A stretch of DNA of 64,000 nucleotides from an uncultured delta proteobacterium (GTDB lineage Bacteria; Myxococcota_A; Polyangia; Fen-1088). Positions 39,501-48,399 of the stretch are shown piece by piece. Location: NCBI GenBank assembly GCA_963796685.1, contig CAWCMR010000013.1, forward strand, positions 544,001 to 608,000, read 5' to 3'. The notes beneath the pieces were generated by a model. That model saw nothing but the letters and a program-made list of their open reading frames with translations. It made no database searches and was not told the origin of the DNA. A program made the translations under genes and the position numbers. How positions within the stretch are numbered: position 1 is the stretch's first letter; each line of letters opens with the position of its first letter.

Positions 39501-40197
39501 GCTCCGAACGGAGCACCCGCACGCCGCTACGATTGTCGGCGGCATTGAGCTGGAGCTCGCAGCCGGCCGGCAAGAGCGTCCGCGGTTTGGCCTCGGGCGT
39601 GTAGGCTTCCCCGGCCAGATCGAGCAAGGGAAGACGACCCCACGAGCCCACCATCTGCATGGACGGTGCACAGCCCGCCCGGGCCGAGGCCTCGGCCAGC
39701 AGGGGTTCGTCCGCCCGCTTGCGCGCGATGTCGATCACGGTCAAGGCGAGCAGGTATTGGGCCTGCCAGGGCAGGTGCTCGGGCGCCAGCGCGATGAGCC
39801 GCTCCTCCGCGGGCTGGCGATCGGGAACTTCCGACAAGAGGCGCGAGATGCGCGACAGGGTCGCGGTCGAGAGCGCCGTGGCAAGCGGGTCTTGCCCCTT
39901 GCTTGCGGATTCCATCAACGTGAGCGCGTACCCCAGTGCCGCGTCGGGGTCGCCGTGCTCGAAGGCCAGGTTGGCCGCGCCAAAGAGAGCGCGCGCGTCG
40001 GACGGGTCGAGGGCGAGAGCGCGCGAAAAGCTCGCCGACGCCGCGTCCGCCTTGCCATCGAGCAGGGCCCGCCAGCCGAGGACGCTCTCGGAGTCCGGCC
40101 GGCCATCCCGCCGCGCCTGGCCCAGCGTCTGGGCACACCCCGTGGCCGCAACCAGCAGCACGGCAAGGAATGGACGGAATCGTTGCGGCGCGGTCAT
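36556..40197 (-). CDS. TPR + DUF3857 + transglutaminase-like lipoprotein lacking the catalytic Cys/His
   Basis: Lipobox-like AATGC; TPRs; DUF3857-like P.LEVGDFVE. RGNRAWLMLAL replaces GDC, and FRELL replaces FDHAI. Confidence 0.75.
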   Translation of the reverse strand: MTAPQRFRPFLAVLLVAATGCAQTLGQARRDGRPDSESVLGWRALLDGKADAASASFSRALALDPSDARALFGAANLAFEHGDPDAALGYALTLMESASKGQDPLATALSTATLSRISRLLSEVPDRQPAEERLIALAPEHLPWQAQYLLALTVIDIARKRADEPLLAEASARAGCAPSMQMVGSWGRLPLLDLAGEAYTPEAKPRTLLPAGCELQLNAADNRSGVRVLRSELALPGGRYDLVLDYGGPARLRVDNGPWWQHGGAPDVYGPRWSAERMELAAGKHTVEIRIGVYGSTADLSLLAIPAGSESPFSVGREPPSTTDSAMMDFATALAANLTGQVDLMLTLVDRLSAQAHFALGLAAAGRLGEMDPTRPADIMRDRARALWQQALASDPGMARVWIDLAKLDLQNDRAREATDKAEHARHVAPMWWPAQLAAATALRGQGFEQPADAALAKGLALVEGGVGACEMLEEATQRAEARDDVRAAERLVGRLGRCDAQDSNQRLFAQQRGDLDKVMSMLRRSLPTSADPLWLRSEIADTLIAQGHLRAARDELTALAQWAPRDTHVAIRLADVQAATGERELAHATLAQALQRFPGRSDVRRAARLAGLPLPLDDYRLDGEQVIRDYLASKRTYQAPAVVVLDRAVERVYPDGTRLVLTHSITQVLSKDAIESVGEVNIPEGAEVLVLRTRKADGSSREAEEISGKSSVSVPELEVGDFVESETLEVKEPSVAFAPGLVGERFYFQSFDAPLDRSEYLFVAPATMPLDVDCRADAPVPTTTLPADGTRVLSFLVRGKPQVFPERSAVPATEWIPSVRVSSAVPKDGWSRFVASRAIDLSRGSPEIRLVAAAISARVGHDRGHLAEALVAWVRENIEPENDFGASATTTLARHRGNRAWLMLALARSLGLHADLVLARSLLRADASAPMTTMEQDDFRELLVRFSDPTGERFVDPQIRRAPFAYLLPGIDGAPAVVVGTRRLVKVVSAVKDSRSVTLRARLESDGGARVAVTEQLSGWPAVEWNELLDRAGKDRSKLRQDFEQQWLGHQFPGAQLDSLSIQPGEGGSGTRVSYTFRSARMASRQDGVLRLRPEFFEAQPGRRFGTEPRRKTTLMLGYDIPLDLDAEIELPAGAKVIDLGQGTDVSAGGARFFEKRQVNDARDGSRSISLHRQTRLPIARVLPGDYQGVAAKLRTVDPVEQGEIRIAVPAK

Positions 40198-43100
40198 GAT
40201 GTCTTCTCCACCTCGACCACCACCCGTTCGGCCAGCGCAGCGTCGACGTCGCGCAAAAACGCACGGAAGGCGGGATAGCTCGCCGGCTCGATGCGACTCT
40301 TGGCCACCAAGAGCACCGAGGTGACGCCAACCGAGCGGCCATCCGGCGAGCTCGTGACCGCGATGGTGAGCTCGCCGAACGGCGACGCGATCCTGCGCGT
40401 GCTCGGAGCGTGAACGACGCGAGCCCCGGCCGGCAGGTTGTACGTGACCTGCTCTTCATGGCGCCAGGGATAGCCGAGCACGAGCGGCCAGCGGCGCGTG
40501 CCCAGGCGGGCATAGGTGCTGGTGAAATCGGCGTCGCGCGAGCTCAAGGGCAGGCGAAGCTCGCCGCCGCGCATTCGTTCGCCCATCTGCGGAACCGTTA
40601 CCGTGGAGAGCACGGACACGGGCCGATTGCGATCCGAGACCTCCATGTCGAGCTTCCCCAGCGTCGCCCCCGCGAAGCGCCCGCTCCACACCTTGGCATA
40701 GCGCTCGCGCCGCTCGCCGGGGGTCTGGTAGTGCGCGCGCCACTCGTGCGCGGCCTGCCCTGTGATAGTGAGCGTCTCCACGATGTCCGCGGAGCCGTCT
40801 GCGTTCAAATCGACCTGCCATTTGCGCAGGGCCTGGTTGCTTTCCGGGGCAAGCAGGGGCGTACGCACCAGCTTGGCACCATGGGCGGACACGCGCAGGG
40901 CCATGGTGTCCTGATCCTCGGCGGGCAACTCGGCCAGGCCGGAAAACTCGGCCGTGCCATCGAGGTAGAGATTGAGGGCCGGGACGTAGGCGATGGCGTG
41001 GTCGAACACGGCGAGCGACGCCGGTGCCTCGTCGATGCGACCACCGCGACGGGTGCGCAGCAGGACGAGCTCGCACTCCACGCCCACGCTGTGAAGCAGC
41101 GCCATCATCAGCGTGGCCTTGTCCTTGCAATCGCCGAAGCGGCGCTGGAACACCTGGGTCGACGGGTACGGCTTGTAACCGTGGATGCCGAACTCGAGAC
41201 CGACGTAACGGGTGTTCTCGACCACCAGGCGATGAATGGCCTTGACCTTGTCGAGCACGGTGGTCGCCCCCGCGGTGGCCTTTGCCGCGGCCTTGGCCAG
41301 GGTGCCGTCGTCCTGCATCTGATCCGCGACGAGATTCCAGTACCAGCGTCCCACGTCTTGCCACGTGCGATAGGTGCTGACGTGCAGGTAGGGCGCGACT
41401 TCGGCGAAACCCGGCATGGCCGGTTCGCTCTCGATGGCGGGCAGGCCGCGAACCTCGAAGTGGTAGCGGACCTCGGCGCCGAGGGTTTCGCGGGTAGAGC
41501 GCAGGCTGGCCAGGCGCGGTTGGTTGAAGTAGAAGACGCGCGTCGGGGGCGCAATCAACGTGTATTCCCAGCGACGGACCGGCAGGGTGTCGGCGATCAC
41601 CTGAAAATCGCCGAAGTAGTCGGCGAGATCGTTGCTGGTGCCCACGTCGGCCACGGTGTACTGGATCTCGACCACGTCGCCGGCGCGCAGGTTTTCGAAG
41701 GTCACGACCTCGGCGCGCGTGTCGTAGTAGAGCCCATACCAAGGCTCGGACAGGTCGCGTTCGTCCCGCCCGGTGGCCTCCGAAATCTCGATGCCTTGGT
41801 TCGCGCCTTTGCGCAACACGCGGGCCTTGCGAACCTCGACCTCCTGCCGGCCGGGCTCGAAGCGAATCCAGGTTTCCTGATTGTCACGTGCGGCGCGCTC
41901 GGTGCGCACGTGAATCAAGCGCTGAACGAAACGTTCGCCAAGCCCGTTGCCGTGCACGCGAACCGCCGTCCGGTCGAGCACGATCTCGGCCGAGGCGTCG
42001 TCGGCAGGACTCGGGCCGAAAAGAACCTCGCGCGCAAGCGACTCGCCGTCCGCCGCATTTTCGCTGACCAGGTCGTCGAGGGAACGGGTTTCGCCTTTCG
42101 CCTTCTGGGCGGCCAGGAGGGCATCCGCGTAGCGACGCAAGCCGGGATTCTGCGGCCGCAACTCCAGCGAGCGCCGCATGGCCGCGATGGCGGCCGCGAA
42201 GTGTCCGGCCCGGGCCTCCAGCCTGCCAAGCTCGTCGGGCAAGCCGGGGTCGTCGGGCAGGCGCGAGACGGCCTTGCTCAGCACCGACCGGGCGCCCGCG
42301 ATGTCGCCGCAGGCTTCGAGCGCGCTCGCTTGCGCGAAGACCGGAGACGTCAAATCCGGACGCCAGCGCAGTGCCTCGCCTTGCCAGCGTGCCGACTCGG
42401 CCAAATCGCCGCGTCGACGTTCGGCGGTGGCCAATTCGCGCAAGACGCCGACATCGGAACGGCGCACATCATGAATGGCTCGGAGCGCAGCTTCGGCATC
42501 CGCGGGCCGGCCGAGCGTCCTGAAGATGTCGGACAGGGCGTCCTGCACCGCCGGCAGCCGACGGATGCTATCGGGCAAAGCGGACACCCGTGCCAGCGCG
42601 GAGGCGGCCAACCCCGTGTCCTGTTCCTCGCCGGCCAGCGCGACCTGCGCCTGGACACAGCCCGGGTCGAGGGCGACAGCCTGCCGCCATCGCGACACGG
42701 CTGCATCGTCGCGGTGTTGGCTGTGCCAAAGCTGGCCGATCTCGGCCAGCGCCCGAGCCCGATCCTCGGCGCGCGCCAGCGTGGGCAGCACACGCTCCAG
42801 GGCCGCGCGACGGTCGTCATCCTCACGTGCCACGTTGCCAAGCAAGAACAAGGCCTCGGTCGCGACAGGCGTCATGTGGCCGCTCGGCGCCGGAAGCGCC
42901 TTGTTGGCGGCCTTTTCGGCGGCGCCGAGATCGCTGTCCTCGGGCATCACCAGCGAAAGATAGAGCGCCTCGTCCAGCCACGCTTCCGCCGAGGTCGCGG
43001 CCCCTGCCCGTTCGGCCCGCTCACGCAACAACATTCCGAGCGCGCGCACCTTGGGCTGCCGTCCCGGCAGTGCCGCGCGAACCGTCGCGTGTGGAGGCAC

Positions 43101-43973
43101 GTCCGCGCCGGTCGTCACGCCGGCCAGACGAGCACCCTCGAGATCGGTCACGCGCACGAACAGCCTCCACGCGCCGCGCGTGACAACGGTCTTGATCAAG
43201 AGCGGATTCGCGCCCCGTCGCAGATGCACGGGGGCCGCGTCCTGGTCGAGCCACGCGGGGCGGACCACGTCGTTCGCGTAGACCTCGTTTCCATCCACCC
43301 AAACCTTCACCGGGCCGGGGCTGCCCATGCGCAGGCCCACCCACCGATCCCGATCGCTGTTCACATAGGCCAGGAGGTAGGCGACGGCATCGCTGTCCGG
43401 CCGCAAGGCGGCGTCGACGAGGACCGCCCCTTGCACGAAAGCCTCGGCGGGCATCCGCCGCCATGCCACCTCGCGCTCTTTGCCCGCGTAGTGTCTACCT
43501 GCTGAGGGCTCGAGGGTCTTGATTTCCTCCTCGACGGGAAAGGCCCGTCCAAGCCCGCTGCGTCCTTGGGCATCGAAGGGACCCAGCACCCAGAAGTCGC
43601 GGAGCAGTCCAAGCGTCGCCCGCCGCCCGGTCGCCTGGGCGAAATCGCCTTGGCGGTCTTCTTCCAACGACAGCAAGTACGCGGCCTGGGACGCCACCAG
43701 TGGGTCGGCGGGTCCACCCAGCTTGCCGTCGAGGGTCTCGCGTAGCACCCGAGCCATCTGGCCGGGGGGCAGAGACTCCTCGGTTTGCACCAGGGCGGCC
43801 ACGGCGGCGATCGCCTCCGGCCGGCCGTGGTTGACCCGAAGCTGTTCCCGTGCGTGTTCCGCCGCGCGGCCGAGGATCTCGCCCGAGGCCCACGACGGGC
43901 GCGCAGCGAGCGCGAGCACAACTAGCAGCGCCGCCCGAAGGCGGCCCCGCGGGCAAAACCGCCAGACGAGCAT
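40194..43973 (-). CDS. TPR + DUF3857 + transglutaminase-like protein with intact Cys-His-Asp triad
   Basis: Motifs RYVGLEFG, RRFGDCKDKATL, FDHAIAY and YLDGT; signal peptide; ATGA overlap with the downstream gene. Confidence 0.85.
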   Translation of the reverse strand: MLVWRFCPRGRLRAALLVVLALAARPSWASGEILGRAAEHAREQLRVNHGRPEAIAAVAALVQTEESLPPGQMARVLRETLDGKLGGPADPLVASQAAYLLSLEEDRQGDFAQATGRRATLGLLRDFWVLGPFDAQGRSGLGRAFPVEEEIKTLEPSAGRHYAGKEREVAWRRMPAEAFVQGAVLVDAALRPDSDAVAYLLAYVNSDRDRWVGLRMGSPGPVKVWVDGNEVYANDVVRPAWLDQDAAPVHLRRGANPLLIKTVVTRGAWRLFVRVTDLEGARLAGVTTGADVPPHATVRAALPGRQPKVRALGMLLRERAERAGAATSAEAWLDEALYLSLVMPEDSDLGAAEKAANKALPAPSGHMTPVATEALFLLGNVAREDDDRRAALERVLPTLARAEDRARALAEIGQLWHSQHRDDAAVSRWRQAVALDPGCVQAQVALAGEEQDTGLAASALARVSALPDSIRRLPAVQDALSDIFRTLGRPADAEAALRAIHDVRRSDVGVLRELATAERRRGDLAESARWQGEALRWRPDLTSPVFAQASALEACGDIAGARSVLSKAVSRLPDDPGLPDELGRLEARAGHFAAAIAAMRRSLELRPQNPGLRRYADALLAAQKAKGETRSLDDLVSENAADGESLAREVLFGPSPADDASAEIVLDRTAVRVHGNGLGERFVQRLIHVRTERAARDNQETWIRFEPGRQEVEVRKARVLRKGANQGIEISEATGRDERDLSEPWYGLYYDTRAEVVTFENLRAGDVVEIQYTVADVGTSNDLADYFGDFQVIADTLPVRRWEYTLIAPPTRVFYFNQPRLASLRSTRETLGAEVRYHFEVRGLPAIESEPAMPGFAEVAPYLHVSTYRTWQDVGRWYWNLVADQMQDDGTLAKAAAKATAGATTVLDKVKAIHRLVVENTRYVGLEFGIHGYKPYPSTQVFQRRFGDCKDKATLMMALLHSVGVECELVLLRTRRGGRIDEAPASLAVFDHAIAYVPALNLYLDGTAEFSGLAELPAEDQDTMALRVSAHGAKLVRTPLLAPESNQALRKWQVDLNADGSADIVETLTITGQAAHEWRAHYQTPGERRERYAKVWSGRFAGATLGKLDMEVSDRNRPVSVLSTVTVPQMGERMRGGELRLPLSSRDADFTSTYARLGTRRWPLVLGYPWRHEEQVTYNLPAGARVVHAPSTRRIASPFGELTIAVTSSPDGRSVGVTSVLLVAKSRIEPASYPAFRAFLRDVDAALAERVVVEVEKTS

Positions 43974-44014
43974 GCGCCAAGTATAGCCGGCAATCCGGCG
44001 AATGCGGGCGGCCG

Positions 44015-44665
44015 TCAGCGCACGAAGTAGCGACCGATGGCTTCGCGAAGCGCCAGACGCGCCCGGTGCAAACGCGTCTTGACCGCGGGCACCGACAAGC
44101 CGAGCATCTCGGCGGTGTCTTCGGTCGAGAGCTCTTCGACGTCGCGCAGAAGGAAGACCGTGCGCAGGCCGTCCGGCAGGGCATCGACCGAGCTCTGGAT
44201 GTGTTTGCGCATCTCCGCCGACTGCAGTTGGTCGTCGGGTCGCTGCGACCAGTCGGCGTTGGCGCGCATGGTCTGGCCGCTCTCGGCCACGGCATCGTTC
44301 AGGACGGTAGGCTCGACATCGTCGACGGTGACTTCGGGGTGTCGGTTGCGGCTACGCAGCAACATGAGCGCGGCATTGACGGTGACCCGATACATCCAGC
44401 TTCCGAACTGCGCCCTGCCTTCGAAGCTTGGCAGATTGCGCCAGGCCGAGAGAAAGGCGTCTTGTAGGATTTCCTGGGCGTCCGTCTCGTTGCGCACGAA
44501 ACGCATGGCCAACCGATAGAGCTTGTTCTCGTAGCGGTTGACGAGCTCTTCGAAGGCGGTCTCGTCCTTGGCGCGCGCGCGTTCGACCAGGACCTCGTCG
44601 GCGATTTCACCGACGCTTCCTTCCGTCCGTTCGACCGGCGCATCCTTGCCGTCCTGCTCGTTCAT
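44015..44665 (-). CDS. ECF RNA polymerase sigma factor (RpoE-like)
   Basis: Motifs AFEELVNRY, DAQEILQDAF, F.SWMYRVTVN, R.VFLLRDVEELS and AVKTRLHRAR. Confidence 0.93.
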   Translation of the reverse strand: MNEQDGKDAPVERTEGSVGEIADEVLVERARAKDETAFEELVNRYENKLYRLAMRFVRNETDAQEILQDAFLSAWRNLPSFEGRAQFGSWMYRVTVNAALMLLRSRNRHPEVTVDDVEPTVLNDAVAESGQTMRANADWSQRPDDQLQSAEMRKHIQSSVDALPDGLRTVFLLRDVEELSTEDTAEMLGLSVPAVKTRLHRARLALREAIGRYFVR

Positions 44666-44721
44666 GGAACTACCTGCGAATACCATAAGATTGAAGCGGC
44701 GTCTCTATCTTGATGGGAACC

Positions 44722-46386
44722 CTGGGAGGGTTCCCAAACCCTCCCGCGCTCTGGCGAAGCCGGGCAAAGCCCGCCTTCGCCTACGCGTCTGATGGGAACG
44801 CTGGAAGGGAACCCTTTCAGGGTGTTGAGAAGCCAGCGACTGAAATCGGGATCGGCCTTCTGGTGGCCGCGTAGCGGCCATATCTCCTCGCCCCGCGCTC
44901 GCGCGGGGAGAGGACGCCGCGCGAAGCGCGGCAGGTGAGGGGCCGCCCCGCTTCCTCCTTCGCGCCCCACTCGCCCCGTCGGGCAGAGGCTGGCATCTTG
45001 GCCCGCGCGACTGAAACCAAGACTGGTGTCCTGGCGGCCGCGTAGCGGCCATATCTCCTCGCCCCGCGCTCGCGCGGGGAGAGGATGCACTGGCAGTGCC
45101 CGCCGGCAACTGGGTCGCCTCGCCCCGCGCTCGCGCGGGGAGAGGACGCCGCGCGAAGCGCGGCAGGTGAGGGGCCGCCCCGCTCCCTCTTTCGCCCCTC
45201 TCTCGCCCAGTCGGCCAGATGCTGGCATCTTGGCCCGCGCGACTGAAACCAAGACTGGTGTCCTGGCGGCCGCGTAGCGGCCATATCTCCTCGCCCCGCG
45301 CTCGCGCGGGGAGAGGACGCCGCGCGAAGCGCGGCAGGTGAGGGGCCGCCCCGCTTCCTCCTTCGCCCCTCTCTCGCCCAGTCGGCCAGATGCTGGGATC
45401 TTGAAACCAAGACTGGTGTCCTGGTGGCCGCGTAGCGGCCATATCTCCTCGCCCCGCGCTCGCGCGGGGAGAGGACGCCGCGCGAAGCGCGGCAGGTGAG
45501 GGGCCGCCCCGCTTCCTCCTTCGCGCCCCACTCGCCCCGTCGGGCAGAGGCTGGCATCTTGGCCCGCGCGACTGAAACCAAGACTGGTGTCCTGGCGGCC
45601 GCGTAGCGGCCATATCTCCTCGCCCCGCGCTCGCGCGGGGAGAGGATGCACTGGCAGTGCCCGCCGGCAACTGGGTCGCCTCGCCCCGCGCTCGCGCGGG
45701 GAGAGGACGCCGCGCGAAGCGCGGCAGGTGAGGGGCCGCCCCGCTCCCTCTTTCGCCCCTCTCTCGCCCAGTCGGCCAGATGCTGGCATCTTGAAACCAA
45801 GACTGGTGTCCTGGTGGCCGCGTAGCGGCCATATCTCCTCGCCCCGCGCTCGCGCGGGGAGAGGACGCCGCGCGAAGCGCGGCAGGTGAGGGGCCGCCCC
45901 GCTTCCTCCTTCGCCCCTCTCTCGCCCAGTCGGCCAGATGCTGGCATCTTGAAACCAAGACTGGTGTCCTGGTGGCCGCGTAGCGGCCATATCTCCTCGC
46001 CCCGCGCTCGCGCGGGGAGAGGACGCCGCGCGAAGCGCGGCAGGTGAGGGGCCGCCCCGCTCCCTCTTTCGCCCCCCACTCGCCCCGTCGGGCAGAGGCT
46101 GGCATCTTGGCCCGCGCGACTGAAACCAAGACTGGTGTCCTGGCGGCCGCGTAGCGGCCATATCTCCTCGCCCCGCGCTCACGCGGGGAGAGGACGCCGC
46201 GCGAAGCGCGGCAGGTGAGGGGCCGCCCCGCTCCCTCTTTCGCCCCTCTCTCGCCCAGTCGGCCAGATGCTGGGATCTTGGCCCTCACGAACACCTTGAA
46301 AGGGTGTACTGGGACGGTTCCCAAACCCTCCGCGCCATGGGCGGATGCGGGCCAAACCCGACTACGCCTACGCGGCTGATGGGAAC
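44722..46386. repeat. Nested REP/BIME-like mosaic: 8 tandem hairpin units bounded by 16-bp inverted and 78-bp direct repeats
   Basis: GGCCGCGTAGCGGCC starts at 44865, 45036, 45268, 45426, 45597, 45816, 45974 and 46145. There are 10 copies of CCCCGCGCTCGCGCGGGG (one with a mismatch). Inverted repeats at 44811-44826/46290-46305; direct repeats at 44722-44799/46309-46386. Confidence 0.95.
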
Positions 46387-46404
46387 CCGCACCCACAGGG
46401 AGAT

Positions 46405-47367
46405 CTAGCGGCAGTAGCCGTAGTTCTGCGATCCGTAGAGGGCGTTGCAGCCGCCCCCGTTCGGGCACGCCGAGCCCGAGGCTTTCAGGCTGCACACCGT
46501 ATGACAGGTGGCATTCACGCACGCGGAGCCTGGCGCGCAATTGTCGGGACTGGTGGTGCATGGCTGACCTACCGCCACGTAGTGCAACGAGTAGCAGTCG
46601 CACACCGTGCTGTCGGTATTGCCAACCCCTGTGAGCCCGGCCAGGAAAACGCAGTTGAAGTTGCTTTGTGCCTTCGCGCAAGTCGCACTTCCCGTGGGAT
46701 TGCACGCTTCGATGGGAGGCGAGCAGAAGAAGAGACCCTTCACCGCCTGGTTCGTAGCATCCACGATGGTGCTTGCCGTGCAGCTGCTGTTGCTGCCGCA
46801 ATCCGAGTCGGTGCGGCAGGTCTTGTAGCAGAGGTTCTGGCAAAGATCGTCGTAGATGCACACCGAGCCGGGTGCACAGAGTGTCGTATTGGGGCTGTTG
46901 CACGCACCCAGCGGTTGCACGAAGGTCGTGTTCGCTGGCACTGCGGTGGCCTCGCAGATGAATGAGGTGTTGGTCTGGTCGTCAAGAACGCAGCGGTGGT
47001 TGCACGGACAGCCGGCCTGACAAACTGGATCGCATGTGCTGTTCGGAATCGGTTGGTTCGCGCTGCAGTTGGTGAATGGTCCGAACCCCGAAGCGGGGGC
47101 GACCGCACAGACGGAGCCAGGCTCGGCGTCTGCCTTGGCAGCGGCGGTGTCGGGACTTTCGCTGGCTCCGGCGTCAGCCGGTGTTCCGTTCCTCCAGCAG
47201 TGTCCAGCCGACCCTACCTGACCGTCGATTCTGCACGTGAACCCGGATGGACAGGTGCCCCCCGTTCCACAGACCAGACCACCGTTCTTGATGTTGTCGG
47301 TCTTGTAGCAGCCGGCCATTGCAAGCAAGGCAGAGAGCCCGAGCACGCGAACGATAGTCTTGTTCAT
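46405..47367 (-). CDS. Cys-rich lipoprotein
   Basis: Lipobox LAMAGC; N-terminal C....CP.G..C....C module; CDPV.Q.GC and G..C....C.PG..C repeats. Confidence 0.8.
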   Translation of the reverse strand: MNKTIVRVLGLSALLAMAGCYKTDNIKNGGLVCGTGGTCPSGFTCRIDGQVGSAGHCWRNGTPADAGASESPDTAAAKADAEPGSVCAVAPASGFGPFTNCSANQPIPNSTCDPVCQAGCPCNHRCVLDDQTNTSFICEATAVPANTTFVQPLGACNSPNTTLCAPGSVCIYDDLCQNLCYKTCRTDSDCGSNSSCTASTIVDATNQAVKGLFFCSPPIEACNPTGSATCAKAQSNFNCVFLAGLTGVGNTDSTVCDCYSLHYVAVGQPCTTSPDNCAPGSACVNATCHTVCSLKASGSACPNGGGCNALYGSQNYGYCR

Positions 47368-47380
47368 GGGCCGCTCCATC

Positions 47381-48280
47381 CTAGAAGGTCAACAAGGCCG
47401 AGCCACCGGCGAAGGTCGGCGCGGCGACTGGCGCGAGCGAGACGGAGGGCGCAGACGTATCTCGCCATCTCCACAGCAGGTATCCGCCGGTACCGGCGCT
47501 GGCAATTCCAAGGACGGCCGTGACACCGGCGATGACATTGGCTTCCTTGCCGCTCGATTCCACCGAAGGATCGAAGGGCTGCCGATTCAGCGAAGCGTCT
47601 TGCAGCGTCTTCGCTTTGCTTGCCCCCACGGCCGCCGCGATGACCGCGGTCAAAAGGCACGCACCACCCACGCCGAGCAACGAGTAGGCGATCCATTTCG
47701 GCCTCGGCGGAGCGGGCTCGGACGGAGGTGGTTGCTGGAACGCCACGCCGCTCGGCGGCTGTTCGGGCACGGGAGCAGCGGCCGGTGGCAAGGACGCGGG
47801 TGCCATGGGCACGGGCGCCGGCCACTCGGCCGCAGGGGGCACAGCCGGGACCGGCGGAGGCGGCGCCGGTTGAGCTTGCGCGGGCGGCGGCTCGGCGGGC
47901 AGGCCACGCCGACGGTCCTCGACGGTCTTCTCCAAATCGGCGATCTTCTTCTCGACATCGGCGCGGTTGCTCGCGTCAGGACGGCGGCGCAGAAAGTTCT
48001 TGTAGGCGCGAATGGCATCTTCCGGCCAATCCCACAGCCGATACGCCTGCCCGATGTTGAACAGCAGGGCGGCGTCTTCGACGAGAAGATAGGCCTGCTC
48101 GTACTCGGCGATGGCCTCGCCATACTTGCCCACGTCGTAAAGGCGTGTCGCCCGCTCGTAGTGCTCCTTGGCCTGCTGCTTCTTCGCCGCCTCGTTCTCG
48201 GCGCGCGCGGCGCCGGGAAGGGCAAGGCAAAAGGCCAGGGTTGCGAGCACGAGAGCTATCTTGCCTGGATTCATCGGCAT
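47381..48280 (-). CDS. Secreted TPR protein with Pro-rich linker, hydrophobic hairpin and aromatic C-terminus
   Basis: Signal peptide ...AARA; TPR (AKEHYERA..LY..GKY.EAI.EY..AY...LLFNIGQAYR); ends GGSALLTF. Confidence 0.8.
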   Translation of the reverse strand: MPMNPGKIALVLATLAFCLALPGAARAENEAAKKQQAKEHYERATRLYDVGKYGEAIAEYEQAYLLVEDAALLFNIGQAYRLWDWPEDAIRAYKNFLRRRPDASNRADVEKKIADLEKTVEDRRRGLPAEPPPAQAQPAPPPPVPAVPPAAEWPAPVPMAPASLPPAAAPVPEQPPSGVAFQQPPPSEPAPPRPKWIAYSLLGVGGACLLTAVIAAAVGASKAKTLQDASLNRQPFDPSVESSGKEANVIAGVTAVLGIASAGTGGYLLWRWRDTSAPSVSLAPVAAPTFAGGSALLTF

Positions 48281-48399
48281 TCCATTCTTGGCTGGTCTTG
48301 GCTGGTCTTGGCTGGGAGGGATCCGCCGACCCGGCGGCACAGGGTAGACTACAGCACGGTTTCCGCCGCAATCAAAGGCCGCCGCGCCCCGTCCCGTGC

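Noticed and set aside
22687-43505. Very long plus-strand ORFs (22687-26727, 36673-40278, 40410-43505) and similar antisense ORFs elsewhere
   Set aside because: They are shadows of clear minus-strand genes, expected from high-GC codon bias, and have no recognisable motifs.
44860-46282. CRISPR array
   Set aside because: Units are 158-232 bp with recurring, non-unique intervening sequences, and no cas genes are present.
44662-46903. Three long minus-strand ORFs (420-732 aa) across the repeat array
   Set aside because: All three frames are open only because the GC-rich unit lacks stop triplets. The same peptides recur in different frames and there is no domain signal.
48287-48316. 10-bp tandem repeat CTTGGCTGGT (about 3 copies) just upstream of the TPR gene
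   Set aside because: Too short to interpret; simple slippage is a sufficient explanation.
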